Below, one piece after another: positions 51,582-62,831 of a DNA stretch of 64,000 nucleotides. The first letter of the stretch is position 1. Each line of letters starts with the position of its first letter. The translations under genes and the position numbers were made by a program. The stretch covers positions 82,611 through 146,610 of the forward strand of contig CAWBYV010000013.1 of the NCBI GenBank assembly GCA_963793115.1, written 5' to 3'. Under the pieces are notes generated by a model that was not told where the DNA came from, did not search any database, and saw only the letters and a list, made by a program, of their open reading frames with translations. This DNA is from an uncultured delta proteobacterium. Its GTDB lineage: Bacteria; Desulfobacterota; Binatia; Binatales; Binataceae.

Positions 51582-51638
51582 CTGCCGATCTACTTAGTGG
51601 AAGTCTCCTCGCGGCTGTCAACCGGGGCATAATCGCGC

Positions 51639-52361
51639 ATGCGAATCGCTATGGATGACTTGACCTGTCGAATCGAAGACCTCGATTGGACCCGAATCGC
51701 CGCGGCGCTGGACGAGCGGGGATACGCGACCGCCCCCGGCCTGCTAACTGGCGCCGAATGCGCGGAGCTGATCGCGCTTTACGAGGACGAGCGCCGGTTT
51801 CGCAAGCGGGTCGAGATGGAACGGTTGCGCTTCGGCGTAGGCGAGTACAAGTATTTCGCTGCCCCGCTCCCCGAAGCCATCCAGCGGTTGCGTACGGTCT
51901 TTTATCCGCGGCTGGCTCCGATCGCGAATCGCTGGGTCACGAACCTGCGCGAGGCGCGACTGTTCCCGCCGACGCTCGACGGCCTGCTGGCGCTATGCCG
52001 CGAGCACGGCCAGACCAGGCCGACCCCGCTACTGCTGCGCTACGAGGCTGGCGGCTACAACTGTTTGCATCAGGATCTCTATGGCGAGGTCGCCTTCCCG
52101 CTTCAGATCGCCTGCGTGCTGAGCCGGCCCGGACGCGACCATAGCGGCGGCGAGTTTCTGCTCGTGGAGCAACGCCCGCGCTCGCAGTCGCGCGGCGAGG
52201 CGATCGCGCTCGAACAGGGCGAAGCGATCATATTCCCTAACCGCCATCGTCCGTTGCGCGGCACTCGCGGCTACTATCGGGTCAACGTCCGGCACGGAGT
52301 CAGCCGAATCCATCGCGGCCTGCGCTTGAGCCTCGGCGTGATCTTCCACGACGCGAAGTGA
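51639..52361 (+). CDS. 2OG-Fe(II) oxygenase (DUF2086 family)
   Basis: GEYKYF, LHQDLYG (HxD), GGEFLLVEQRPR, RHGVS, LGVIFHDA. Confidence 0.9.
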   Translation: MRIAMDDLTCRIEDLDWTRIAAALDERGYATAPGLLTGAECAELIALYEDERRFRKRVEMERLRFGVGEYKYFAAPLPEAIQRLRTVFYPRLAPIANRWVTNLREARLFPPTLDGLLALCREHGQTRPTPLLLRYEAGGYNCLHQDLYGEVAFPLQIACVLSRPGRDHSGGEFLLVEQRPRSQSRGEAIALEQGEAIIFPNRHRPLRGTRGYYRVNVRHGVSRIHRGLRLSLGVIFHDAK

Positions 52362-52419
52362 TCGCCAAGCGTAGCAGCCAGCCGGTTCGACAATCTCCGA
52401 CTCCACGAGCGCAGGGCAC

Positions 52420-53352
52420 GTGATTCTATCCTCGCGGTTACGCGTCCACTACCATGTCGATGATATGAGACCCGAGCGAGCGGCCACCGCTGCGGCGGAG
52501 CCGACCAGCCGTTTCTTCGATGCCCCCGGCCCGGCCACTAATGTCCTGAAGCTCCATTATCTGGACTGGGGCGGCGATCCGCGCCGGCAGACCCTGGTAT
52601 TGCTTCACGGCGGCGCTGCGCACGCCCATTGGTGGGACCTGGTGGCGCCGCAACTCACGCCGCTGGGACGGGTCGTGGCGCTGGATTTTCGCGGCCACGG
52701 TGAAAGCGCCTGGGCGATCCCACCCCATTACGGACCGCAGGCTTACGTTGAAGATCTGCGCGCGCTGATCGAGCATCTCGGAACCCGCCCGATCGTCGTA
52801 GGCCATTCGATGGGCGGCGCGGTCGTGCAATGGGCCGCATCCCGTTTTCCCGAACTGATGCGCGCGATCGTGCTGGTGGACTCTCCCAACGGACCCCCTC
52901 CGCTCCTGCGCAGGCTGATGTGGCGATGGCGCCGGAGAGCGCGCGGAGTCGGCGAACGCCCCGAGCTGGATTCGGCCGAGGCGATAGTCCGGAAGTTCCG
53001 CTTCTCGCCGCCCGATATCTATCTGTCGCGCGAGGCGATGGCGCGCCTGGCGCTGGCCGGCGCGGAGCAACTGCCCAACGGCCGATGGGCCTTCAGGTTC
53101 GATCCGCACACGCGCCAATGGCGGCGAATCGGCGGCAATCTGCGCCGCCCGCGCCTGCGCGATATCAAGCTCCCGACGCTGATCCTGCGCGGCGCCCAGA
53201 GCGGCCTGGTGAGCGCGCACAGCGCCCGCGTGATGCATCGCAAGATCCGCGGTTCGCTTTTCAGGGAAATCCCGCGCGCGTTCCATCACGTGCCACTGGA
53301 CAATCCCGGCCCGACCGCGGCCGCGATCGCCGAGTTCGTGCGGACACTCTGA
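52420..53352 (+). CDS. Alpha/beta hydrolase
   Basis: LLHGG, DFRGHG, GHSMGG nucleophile elbow, HHVPLDNP. Confidence 0.92.
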   Translation: MILSSRLRVHYHVDDMRPERAATAAAEPTSRFFDAPGPATNVLKLHYLDWGGDPRRQTLVLLHGGAAHAHWWDLVAPQLTPLGRVVALDFRGHGESAWAIPPHYGPQAYVEDLRALIEHLGTRPIVVGHSMGGAVVQWAASRFPELMRAIVLVDSPNGPPPLLRRLMWRWRRRARGVGERPELDSAEAIVRKFRFSPPDIYLSREAMARLALAGAEQLPNGRWAFRFDPHTRQWRRIGGNLRRPRLRDIKLPTLILRGAQSGLVSAHSARVMHRKIRGSLFREIPRAFHHVPLDNPGPTAAAIAEFVRTL

Positions 53353-53375
53353 GGCGGGCGGAGGTCTGAGGCTGG

Positions 53376-53717
53376 CTACGCGCGCAGCAACCAGTCGCTC
53401 AGATCGAGCGTCAGGGCGCCATCGGTCAGCGCCATCGCCTTGGGCGAGCGCTTGAGTTGAATCCGGGAAATGTCCACTTCGCGCGGGAGCAGATAGAAAA
53501 GGGCGTCGCTGATCAGCGAGAAGACGCGCACGCGCTCCTCACCGGCGCGCTCGGTACCGGTGATCTCGTATGGATTGACGTGATACGAATAGCCGCGCGC
53601 CCGCACCACGCTGCCGTCGTATTCCTCGACCACGCCGACAAAAATCCGGGTGTTATCGTCGCGGAAGAGTTTCTTGTCCACCACCACCAGTCGATCGCCA
53701 TCACGCAGCGCCGGCAT
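53376..53717 (-). CDS. Hypothetical protein (beta-rich, 113 aa)
   Basis: AGGAGG RBS and an upstream TAGAAT -10-like hexamer; typical codon usage. Confidence 0.75.
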   Translation of the reverse strand: MPALRDGDRLVVVDKKLFRDDNTRIFVGVVEEYDGSVVRARGYSYHVNPYEITGTERAGEERVRVFSLISDALFYLLPREVDISRIQLKRSPKAMALTDGALTLDLSDWLLRA

Positions 53718-53937
53718 CTTGGCTTCCTCCTGCCCTACACTCGAAATTCTACTCTATACCGGCGGGTTACTTAACCCCGATCCGAAAATAAGCCGACAAC
53801 GGAATCGCCATGCGCCTTGCGATACGGGCCAATGCTGACAGCGCTTCGGCCGCTGCGCCATACGCGGGGCCGATTCCTGTCCCGGCTGCGAACGGCTAAG
53901 ATTGAAAGTTTGACGCTCACGGAATGCGGTCAATCCA

Positions 53938-55948
53938 GTGCTCGCGCTCGATAATCTATCCAAGTCGTTCGGCGGACGAGTCATCCTCGATTCCGTAAGC
54001 TGGACAATGGCCGACGACGGGCGGGTCGGATTGGTCGGCCTCAACGGCGCGGGCAAATCGACCCTGCTCAAGATGATCGCCGGCGTGGTCGGGCCCGACT
54101 CCGGCCGTATCATGCGGCCGCAGCGCACGACGGTCGGCTACCTGCCGCAGGACGCACCCGAGATGGGCGGCCGCCCGGTGCTGGAGGAAACGCTCTCGGC
54201 GCTGGCCGAGATGCAGGCATACGACGCGCGCCGTATCGAGCTGGAGAAAATCCTCGCTGCGGAGCCTTCGGGACCGGCTCACGATGCTGCCCTGGCGGAG
54301 TTCGGCGAGGTGCTCGACCGAGCTCGAGCGCCACGAGTTCTACAACGCGGACAGCCTCGCGACTGCGGTGCTGTTCGGCCTGGGCTTCAAGCAGCAAGAC
54401 CTCGGGCGCGATGTAGCCGAGTTCTCGGGCGGCATCCGGATGCGCGTCGCGCTGGCTAAGCTCCTGCTCCGGCGGCCGGAATTCCTGCTGCTGGACGAGC
54501 CGACCAACCATCTCGACCTCGAGGCGCGCACCTGGCTCGAGGATTACCTCGCCTCCTACCCGGGCGGAATCATACTGGTCTCGCACGACCGATACTTTCT
54601 CGATCGGGTGACCAAAACCACGGTCGAAGTCGCGCGCGGCAGGCTGGCCGAGTATCAGGGCGGCTACTCGCGCTATCTGATCGAGCGCGAAAAGCGCTTC
54701 GCGCTCGAGTTGGCCGCGTACGAGAAGCAGCGCGAAGAGATCGCGCACATCGAGTCCTTCATCAGCCGCTTCCGCTACCAGGCGAGCAAGGCGCGGCTGG
54801 TCCAGAGCCGGATCAAGCAGCTTGAAAAGATCGAACGCCTGCAGCCGCCGGTGGGCGCCGACAAGCCGCCCGCGATCAGGTTCCCCGAATGCGAGCGCAG
54901 CGGGCGGCGGGTCTTCGAGCTCAAGCACGCGGTCAAGCGCTACGGCGCGCTCACCGTGTACGACGGCGTCGATATGGCGATCGAGCGCGGCGCGCGCGTC
55001 GCGCTGGTCGGTCCGAACGGCTCGGGAAAATCGACCATGATGAGGCTGCTCGCGGGAGTCGATTCGCTCACCGCCGGCGAGCGAATCGTCGGACATAATG
55101 TCAGGATCGGCTACTTTGCGCAGGATCTCGCCGAGACTCTCGATTATCAACGGACCGTGCTCGACGAGCTGAGCGACGCGGCCGAGGGCATGACCACCCA
55201 CGAAATCCGTGGCCTGCTCGGCGCGATGCTGTTCTCGGGCGACAACGTCGGCAAGCGCGCCGGCGTGCTCTCGGGCGGCGAGCGCGCGCGGCTGTCGCTG
55301 GCCAAGGTGCTGGCGCATCGCAACAACTGCCTGCTGCTCGACGAGCCGACCAACAACCTCGATATCATCGCCAAGGAGACGCTGCTCGAAGCGCTGCGGC
55401 GATTCGCCGGCACGGTCGTGATCGTGAGTCACGATCGCTACATCCTGAACGAACTCGTCACCGAGGTAATCGAGGTCGGCCGCGGACATGCGACGCGCTA
55501 TCTCGGGAACTACGACGAGTACCTGGCCAAGACCCAGGCGATCGAAATTGCCGCGGCCGCTGCCGCGGCGAGCGCGGCCTCACCACTTGACGGAAAAGCC
55601 GCCAAGATGGCGAAGGCGGCGCTGGGCGCGGCGAACGATCGCGCCCGGCACGACGGTAAAGCCGGCGCCGTATCGGCAGGCAAGCCGGATCGCGCGCGCC
55701 AGCCGGATCGAGATCGAAAGCGCACTCCCAACACGCGCCGGCGCGCAGCGCTGGAGTCCGACATCGAGCGCATGGAAGCCGAGCGCGCAGCGCTGGCCGC
55801 AGAGATGAACGACCCCGACTTCTACCTGGCACGCAAGGACGCCGACCAGATGATCGCGCGTCACGAGCGCCTCGGCCGCGAGGTCGAGCAGCTCTACTCC
55901 GACCTGGTCGAGTTGAGCGACTCGCCGGCGGCGCGCGATGAAACCTAG
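53938..55948 (+). CDS. ABC-F family ATP-binding protein (frameshift ~54320)
   Basis: Two NBDs (GLNGAGKST, FSGG, LLDEPTNHLD; GPNGSGKST, LSGGE, LLDEPTNNLD), no TM helices, C-terminal coiled coil. Confidence 0.93.
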
Positions 55949-55953
55949 CGCCG

Positions 55954-57697
55954 CTACGTGCCGGTTCCGCTGACCGTCACCGATTGCGAAAGGTTCGCGG
56001 GATCGTCGCTCTTGATCGTGATCGTGCCGCTGAACGGCGTACCAGACGACGTGCCGGAAGTCGGCGTGAACTTCACTTTGACGACCCGCTTTGCCCCGCC
56101 GCTCAGAGTGAAAGCGCCTCCGCCCTGGAGCAACTGGAAAGCCTTCTTGAATCCGCTCGCGACCACCTTACCGTGCAACACGCCGAGCCCGGTGTTCTGA
56201 ATCATAAGGGTCTGCGCTTGGCTATGGTGCACGGCTACGCTGCCGAAGCTGAGCGTTGCGGGCGCGCTCATGGTTCCGGACTGTGCCGATCCGGTCACCA
56301 CGACGGTCACCGGGGCGGAGGAGTTGTTCGCCGCGACGTTCAGATTGCCCCCGAAGGTGCCGGCCGACGAGGGCGTGAACCATATCTTGACGGTCTTGGT
56401 GCGACTGCGTGGCAGCCTGAATGAGCCTGCTCCCTTTACCTTGAATGCGCCGGTTTCCAGCACCGCACTCGCGTCCACATTGACCAGCAAGGTGACGGAT
56501 CCGGAATTGCCAATCGTGATGGGCACCGTCTTGGATTTCGTGCCAGTGCCGGTGAGTGGGAAGGCGATCGAGCCGGTCGAGACCGAAAGCCCTATCGGAG
56601 TGGGCCCGGCAGTCGGGGTGGGGGTGGGCGTGGGGGTGGGGGTGGGGGTGGGCGTCGCAGACGGCTCCGGGGTCGCATTGCTTGCCGCGACCGCGATGCC
56701 GGCGGGCTTGGAAAGCGCCGATCCCGAGAGCGTCACGATCGGCGGCGCATTTCCGTTGTCACCGGCCGCGTATTCCGTAACCGTGTTCGAGGCGAAGTTC
56801 GCCGCGTAGATGTTGCCGAACTGGTCGACCGCGACTCCGTAGGGCTGGCTCAGACCGGTCTGCTCACCCGAAATCGTCGCGATCGGCGGCACGTTGCCGT
56901 TGGAACCGGCCGCGTACTCGGTGATGCTGTCGGCGCCCCCGATGCTCGACGCGATGTTCGACACGTAGATGTTGCCGGCCGAGTCGAGCGCGATTCCCAC
57001 CGGCGTGTTGAGCCCGGTCTGGGCGCCCGAGATCAGCGCGGCCTGGCGCGACGTTGCCGCTACTATTTGGCTCAAATTCCGTCACAGCAAATTCCGTCAC
57101 TGTCGACGACTGCGTGTTGGCTACGTAGATGTTGCCCGACCGGTCGATCGCGATCCCGCTCGGCTCCATCAGCCGCGTCAATGGACCGCTGATCGTGCTG
57201 GTGGGCCCGATGTTGTGGTTGGCGCCGGCTATGTATTCGGTGACGCTGTTGATGCTGGTGTTCCGGTTGGTGACGTAGATATTCCCCGAGGGATCGAGCG
57301 CGACGCCGAACGGCAGGGCGAAGTTGGTGTTCGATCCCGAGATCACGGCAGTTGGAGCCGCTGATCCCGTCGCGGTCGAAGTGTACTCGGTGACGCTCGG
57401 GCCGAAGACATTTGCCACGAAGATGTCGCCGAACGAATCCACGAACAGCCCGATAGGAGCGCTCAACTGGGTCTCCGCGCCGGTGATGGTGCCCGCGCTC
57501 GCGAGGCCGGAGCTTCCCGCCGGGTAGATCGCGATCGAGCTCGAGCCCTCGTTCGCCACGTAGATCGTCACCGCCGTTCCCTCCACAGCCGACGGCGATG
57601 ATTCACCACCGCTTGCGAGGCCGGTTGCCATCGCCATAGCAATCGCGAAAAGAAGCAGCGGAACAAGCCCCGCCATGCTGGTGTTGCGTCTCGCCAC
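55954..57697 (-). CDS. Secreted NHL-repeat + PT linker + two ASH/choice-of-anchor-D (Ig-like) domain protein (frameshift ~57040)
   Basis: Signal peptide, repeats GNVAP...ISG..T.L..P.GIA.D..GNIYV.N, PTPTPT linker, C-terminal SDDP..L...V.V.GTG. Confidence 0.8.
56613..56655 (-). repeat. Hexamer tandem repeat (GGGGTG on +) encoding the Pro-Thr linker
   Basis: About 7 units, G-run rich. Confidence 0.8.
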
Positions 57698-57706
57698 CGG
57701 GGCCCG

Positions 57707-59578
57707 TCAACTCCCGGTCCCGCTCAGCAGCACAAAAGCCGTCAGATGGTTGGGGTCGTCGCTCTTCACTTCGAGGGCTTCAAGGTACGTCTTCTTCGCC
57801 TTGGGCGTGAATTGCACGCTGACCGTGACCTTCTTACCCTTCGCCAGCTTGAACGAGCCCTTCCCGGCCGACACCGCGAAGACGCCGGCTCCCTGGCCTT
57901 CGGTCTCCAAAACGACGCTGACATGCAGTCCGCCGGCGCCGGCGTTTTCTATCGTCACCACCTGGGCTGCCGAGGTCCCGCCCACTGGCTCGTTGCCGAA
58001 GACCAGCGACTCCTGGGGCACGGTCAGGGTTCCGCCTAGCCCGGTACCGGTCACGTTCACGATACCGAGGCTTTTCGGCGACTTGCTGGTGACGCTGATG
58101 GTGCCTGAAAATGACAGCCCGGAGGGCGGCGCGAACAGAATCTCCACGGTCTTGCTTTTGCCGCGGCCAAGCGTGAACGCCCCCTTCCCTTTCACCTTGT
58201 AGGCCTTGGTGCCGGCGAGGCCGCTCACGTCAACGTTGCCTGCGGTTTTTGCGCCCGGGTTCGTGATCGTGAACGTCCGCGCGGCCGGCGTGGCGCCCAC
58301 GCCGACGGTCGAAAAGACGATCTGGTTCGGTGAAATCGAGAAGATGCTGCGCGGCGTCGGAGTGGGAGTGGGCGTTCGCGCAAGCGGCGCGGTCGGGAAC
58401 GTTGACGCGATAGCGAGCGCCTGGGGGTTGAGAAGCTGGGTCGCGGCCCCCGAGATCGTCACGATCGGGGCGGCGTCGCCGCTGCTGCCGGCCGCGTATT
58501 CGGTTACAGTACTGCTGGTAGAATTCGCCACATAGATATTGCCCGAAGCGTTGACGGCCACCGCCGCCGGGCCGGACAGTCCGGTGCTCGGGCCCGAGAT
58601 CATCATGGTCGGCGCGACGTTGCCCGTGGCGCCGGCCGCGAACTCAGCCACGCTGTCAGCGGCATAGCTCGCGACGTAGATGTTGCGGGCCGCGTCCAGC
58701 GCAATTCCCACCGGCCCCGACAGTCCGCTATCGCTCCCCGCGATGGTCACGGTCGGAGCGGCGTTGCCTGCGCTTCCCGCCGCATACTCGGTGATGCTGG
58801 AAGCCGCCGAATTGGCGACGTAGATCACGCCGCTCCCGTCGATCACGATCCCCGCCGGTCCGGCCAACCCGGTCTGGTCCCCGCTGATCGTCGCCACAGG
58901 CGCAACGTTGCCGCTACTTGCAGGCGGATATTCCGTCACGGTGTTGGAGGAGAGTTCCTGGTTGGTCACATAGATGTTTCCCGCTCCGTCCAGCGCGACA
59001 TCGTAGGGGGACTGAAGCCCGGTATCTGAGCCCGAGATGGTCGCGATCGGAGTCACGTTGCCGGTCTTTCCGCCCGCAAACTCGACGATTGTTCGGATGA
59101 ACGAGTTCACTACGAAAATGTCCTTGAAGGAGTCAACGTAGATTCCAGCCGGAAATTCCAGGCCTGTGGAAGGACCTGCGATGATTTTGGGTACCGCGTC
59201 GCCGTGACTGTGCACGGGGAAATCCAGAACCGACCAGTATCCGGCGTTCGACACGTACAGCACCGCCCCGGCAACTCCGCTCGAAGTGGGCGTGGCGCCC
59301 GGCGTCTGCGACGAGGTCGCGCCCCCGCCAGGTGACGCGGTTGCACTCGCGCTTGCTGACGGTGTGCCGCCGCCGGGCGTTGCGCTGCCCGACGATGACG
59401 GCGTGGCGCTTGCCGTAGAAGAAGCCGTGGCGCCTGTGGTCGGGGTCGGACTCGGGGTCGCCGTCGCGGTCGTTCTGGCCGTTGGCGTCGGAGTCGCGGC
59501 CGAGGCGGCTATCGCGGCAGCTATACTCAGCGATAGTGCGGCCGCAAGCAGAGGCAAAAATCCCGGCGGCTTAGTCAT
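57707..59578 (-). CDS. Secreted NHL-repeat + ASH domain protein, tandem paralog of 55954-57697
   Basis: Signal peptide, S/T/P-rich N-linker, same repeat type, ends SDDPNHLTAFVLLSGTGS. ATG 59578. Confidence 0.85.
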   Translation of the reverse strand: MTKPPGFLPLLAAALSLSIAAAIAASAATPTPTARTTATATPSPTPTTGATASSTASATPSSSGSATPGGGTPSASASATASPGGGATSSQTPGATPTSSGVAGAVLYVSNAGYWSVLDFPVHSHGDAVPKIIAGPSTGLEFPAGIYVDSFKDIFVVNSFIRTIVEFAGGKTGNVTPIATISGSDTGLQSPYDVALDGAGNIYVTNQELSSNTVTEYPPASSGNVAPVATISGDQTGLAGPAGIVIDGSGVIYVANSAASSITEYAAGSAGNAAPTVTIAGSDSGLSGPVGIALDAARNIYVASYAADSVAEFAAGATGNVAPTMMISGPSTGLSGPAAVAVNASGNIYVANSTSSTVTEYAAGSSGDAAPIVTISGAATQLLNPQALAIASTFPTAPLARTPTPTPTPRSIFSISPNQIVFSTVGVGATPAARTFTITNPGAKTAGNVDVSGLAGTKAYKVKGKGAFTLGRGKSKTVEILFAPPSGLSFSGTISVTSKSPKSLGIVNVTGTGLGGTLTVPQESLVFGNEPVGGTSAAQVVTIENAGAGGLHVSVVLETEGQGAGVFAVSAGKGSFKLAKGKKVTVSVQFTPKAKKTYLEALEVKSDDPNHLTAFVLLSGTGS

Positions 59579-59693
59579 TTTGAGGGTATCCAGCCATCGG
59601 GGGAAACAACTTCGATCTCCCCTAAACCAGACGACCAAAGCCTACCGTTGATTCAGGTACCTGGCGACCATCTCAGGAGGCCCGCGTTCCGTC

Positions 59694-59775
59694 TGTCACC
59701 CTGAGCGAGTCTGCGAGCCGAAGGGCCCCGGATTCCGGGTTCCTTCGACTCGCGCAGCACTCGCTCAGGATGACA
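59694..59775. repeat. Long imperfect palindrome TGTCACCCTGAGCGAGT...ACTCGCTCAGGATGACA (REP/RAYT-type element)
   Basis: Near-perfect outer stem plus inner GCGAG.CGAAGG/CCTTCG.CTCGC stem; intergenic. Confidence 0.75.
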
Positions 59776-59973
59776 CGGAGTGCGAAGGGGCGCATCGCCA
59801 ATTCGCGAGGGCCTGCTCAGGCCGACAGTTCGCTCAAACCCGCAGCCGATCGGTCTCGTCCCGCTTCCGCCTGGCGCAGGCTGCGCAATTTCCGCGTCGA
59901 GTCCCCGATGAGCTGAACGAAGAACGCGATCGACCGCGCGTAGGCGTCAAGGTCGCCGGCTGATCCACGCGGT

Positions 59974-60796
59974 CTACAGCAGCGCGCCGATGAAACGTTC
60001 GAGTTCGAGGTTGAACTTCACGATTACGCGATCCGATCCGCTGGTCAGGCCGAAACCGGGGCCGACGCTGTACTCGATATCGCCTGGCAGTTCGCCTCTG
60101 AGGACCGGAAAGATGTAGTGCTGCTGATCGCTGAGCGGATCGCTGTAATCGATACGCCCGATTCCGCCGTAAAACTCGACGCCGGGTGAGACGTAGCGCA
60201 TGAAGCGGTAATAGAGGCCCACGACGTAGCCGAACTCGAAGCCCTTGCTCTTGTCCGGTCCGACCAAGATCGCCTTCTCGACTTTCGGATTGAGGATCAG
60301 TGAAAACGGGCCAACGTCCTTTTCGACGATCGGCTTCAATTCGAGCTCCAACTGGTCGGTGTCGAACTCGGGCACCCGATGCCATTCCAGTTCGACGTAC
60401 CAGCCCAGATCGACCGGCAGCTCGCCCTGCTGGAAGAGGCTGCCGCGCAGGCGAAACTTCGAGCCGGCGTATTGAAAGCCGCTGCCGTCGGGATGCGAAA
60501 GGTTGAGATAGGCGGCCGCCTCCAAATTATCCAGCAGTCCGTAAGTCAACTCGAAGGCGCTGTTCCACATGTGGTTGCTGGGAATGGTACCGGCGGAAGT
60601 GCCTTCGCCACCCTCGCTATGACCACTCGCGACCACTCCGTTGTCCGATTCGAGCCTCGACCACCCCCTTGCCTTCGGTCTGATACGGGTAGACCTCGAA
60701 CTCCCACGGGTCGAGTTGCGCCATCGCGGGAGCGTTGCCGAGGCACGCGAGAAGAACTCCGGCGATCGCTGCAGCAATCAGGGTTCGTGTTCTCAA
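59974..60796 (-). CDS. Putative outer-membrane beta-barrel protein (frameshift ~60655)
   Basis: TTG 60796 gives the signal MRTRTLIAAAIAGVLLACLGNAPAMA-QLDPWEFEVY, which rejoins ESDNGVV. Alternating beta-strand pattern. Confidence 0.65.
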
Positions 60797-60800
60797 ATTC

Positions 60801-61322
60801 CTATTTCCCTCCGGATACCTGCCCAGAGCTGCTGAGCTTGATAATTTCCCGATTAGCCCATCCGGCGATTCGATCCCGGTCGGCCGCGCTCAGGCGGGCC
60901 TCGGGATGGACCGCGCGGTAGTACCACGGCGGCATATCGCCGTTGCGCGCCTGATCGCGGATTTTCGCGAGCTTGTTGATCGCCGTTCCGGGGTCCTCCA
61001 GGTAGGCGCCCCAGTTGGAGAAGTCCAGACGCTTTCGTCCCTCGACCACGTCGCGAGACGCGAGCCACGAAATCGGCGCGACGCCGGTATACCAGCGCCA
61101 TCGCGTCTGCGACGAATGGCAGTCGTAGCAGGCGCGTTGCAGTACCGCCTTCACTTCTCCCGGCGCTTGAAGATCGCTCCTCACCGCCGGATTGATCCGC
61201 GAAACCCTGGCCAGTTGCGCGAGCGCGAGCATCAAGGCAGCGACAGCGAAGGCGCTGGGAACGATTCGGTTATCCAATTTCGCGTCAACAGCCGGTCGGG
61301 CCTGGCTGAAAATGATTCTCAA
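60801..61322 (-). CDS. Haem-binding domain c-type cytochrome (Haem_bd)
   Basis: CYDCH, WY..VAPISW, LDFSNW, MPPWYY...HPEARLS. Confidence 0.9.
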   Translation of the reverse strand: MRIIFSQARPAVDAKLDNRIVPSAFAVAALMLALAQLARVSRINPAVRSDLQAPGEVKAVLQRACYDCHSSQTRWRWYTGVAPISWLASRDVVEGRKRLDFSNWGAYLEDPGTAINKLAKIRDQARNGDMPPWYYRAVHPEARLSAADRDRIAGWANREIIKLSSSGQVSGGK

Positions 61323-61492
61323 TCTCTATGCGCCGCAGGCGAGGATGTCAAGCCGAGGACCGCCCGCAATAGCGGCCAGCCGCGTGCTGTCGTTTCAAGG
61401 AAGCGAGAATATAGTGATCCGGGCCCGTTAATTCTCGCGCGAAGCGGATTGCGCCCGATTAGCGACGCTCGCGCGAGCCGGGTCAACCCACG

Positions 61493-62831
61493 ATGGGAGA
61501 CGTGGCAACCAGCGGCGTCGCGCTCGGGCTCTTCAGCGGCCTCGTGCTGCTCGGGCTAGTTGCCGCCTCGCTCGCGCTGTGCTTGCAGCCGCTGTTTCGC
61601 GCGCGAGATCTGCAAGCCGCGCGCGCGATGCTCTGGCTGCTGGCGATTGCGATCGGCAAGTTTGCGCTGCTGCCTTCCTTCCCCGGCTACTGGGAAGACG
61701 TGCGATGCTGGAACCTGTGGTCCGCCGCGATGGCGTATGCCAGGCCCGGCCCGCATCTACGAGCCGCAATTCCTGTGCGACTATCCGCCCGGCTACCTCT
61801 ACGTCCTGTGGCCGGCCGGATGGATCACGCGCGCGCTCGGACTCCAATCGTTCGACACGATTCGGCTGGTCACCGAGAGTCCGCCGCTGATCGTGGACTT
61901 CATAATAGGTCTCGCGATCTTCGCCACGATCCGGCGCCTCGGCGCCGCGCGCTCCGCCTTTGCCGGGATGCTGCTCTTCGCGCTCAATCCCGCTCTGTTG
62001 TTCGACACGCTGGCATGGGGCCAGAGCGATTCGGTGCTCGCGCTGCCGATCCTGCTGAGCGCGATGCTCGCCGCCGACGCGCGCTACGATCTGGCCTGGG
62101 CGATGGCCGCGATCGCCGTGCTGGTCAAACCGCAGGGACTGGTGTTGCTGCCGCTACTGGGCCTGTGGACGCTGCTGCGCGCAACGCCCGGCGACTGGGT
62201 CGGCGCGGCGGCCGCGTTCGTGGGCGTGATGATGATCGGAATCGTGCCCTTTCAGATCGGCCATCGATGGAACTTCATCGCCGAGATCTACTTCTCCGCC
62301 GCCGGGCGCTACCCAACTACTTCCGACAATGCATTCAACCTGATGGGGCTGTTGGGCGGGCTCCGGGAACCGGAATCGACGCCGATCGCCGGCATATCGG
62401 CGTTCGCGCTTGGGATGACGCTGTTCCTCGGGGTCTATATCGCGGCCGCGTACATCATCTATCGCAGGCGCACGATGCGTGGGTTGCTGCTCTCGATCTT
62501 TATCGCCTACCTCGCGATGTTCGTGCTGGCGCCGCGAATTCACGAACGCTACCTGTATCCCGCGCTCGCGATTCTCATTCCGCTCGCGCTCGAATCGCCG
62601 GTTACGCTGGCGATATTCGCCGCCCTGAGCGGCACCTTTCTGCTCAACCTGGCTTGGGTGAAGCGCTACCACGAGCACGCGCTGGCGCTCGATCCGAACA
62701 GCCGGCTGGCCGGCGCCGCCGCCCTGATCAATCTGGCGGCGCTGGTTGCCGGGTTGACCTACGGCCTGATCGCCTCGATGCGCGGGGATGATCAGCTTGC
62801 GGGCGATCCGATCAGTGCCCGACGCCGCTGA
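61493..62831 (+). CDS. GT-C type membrane glycosyltransferase (GT87/Alg6-8-like; frameshift ~61740)
   Basis: DYPPGYLY, FALNPA, WGQSDS, KPQ, HERYLYP; many TM helices. Confidence 0.8.

Noticed and set aside
54284-54340. Programmed ribosomal frameshifting in ABC-F, phnY, malQ and other split genes
   Set aside because: No slippery heptamers at the junctions, and these families are not known to be recoded. Sequencing error is more parsimonious.
60868-60890. tRNA T-loop-like TTCGATCCC
   Set aside because: Lies inside the cytochrome CDS with no cloverleaf or acceptor stem.
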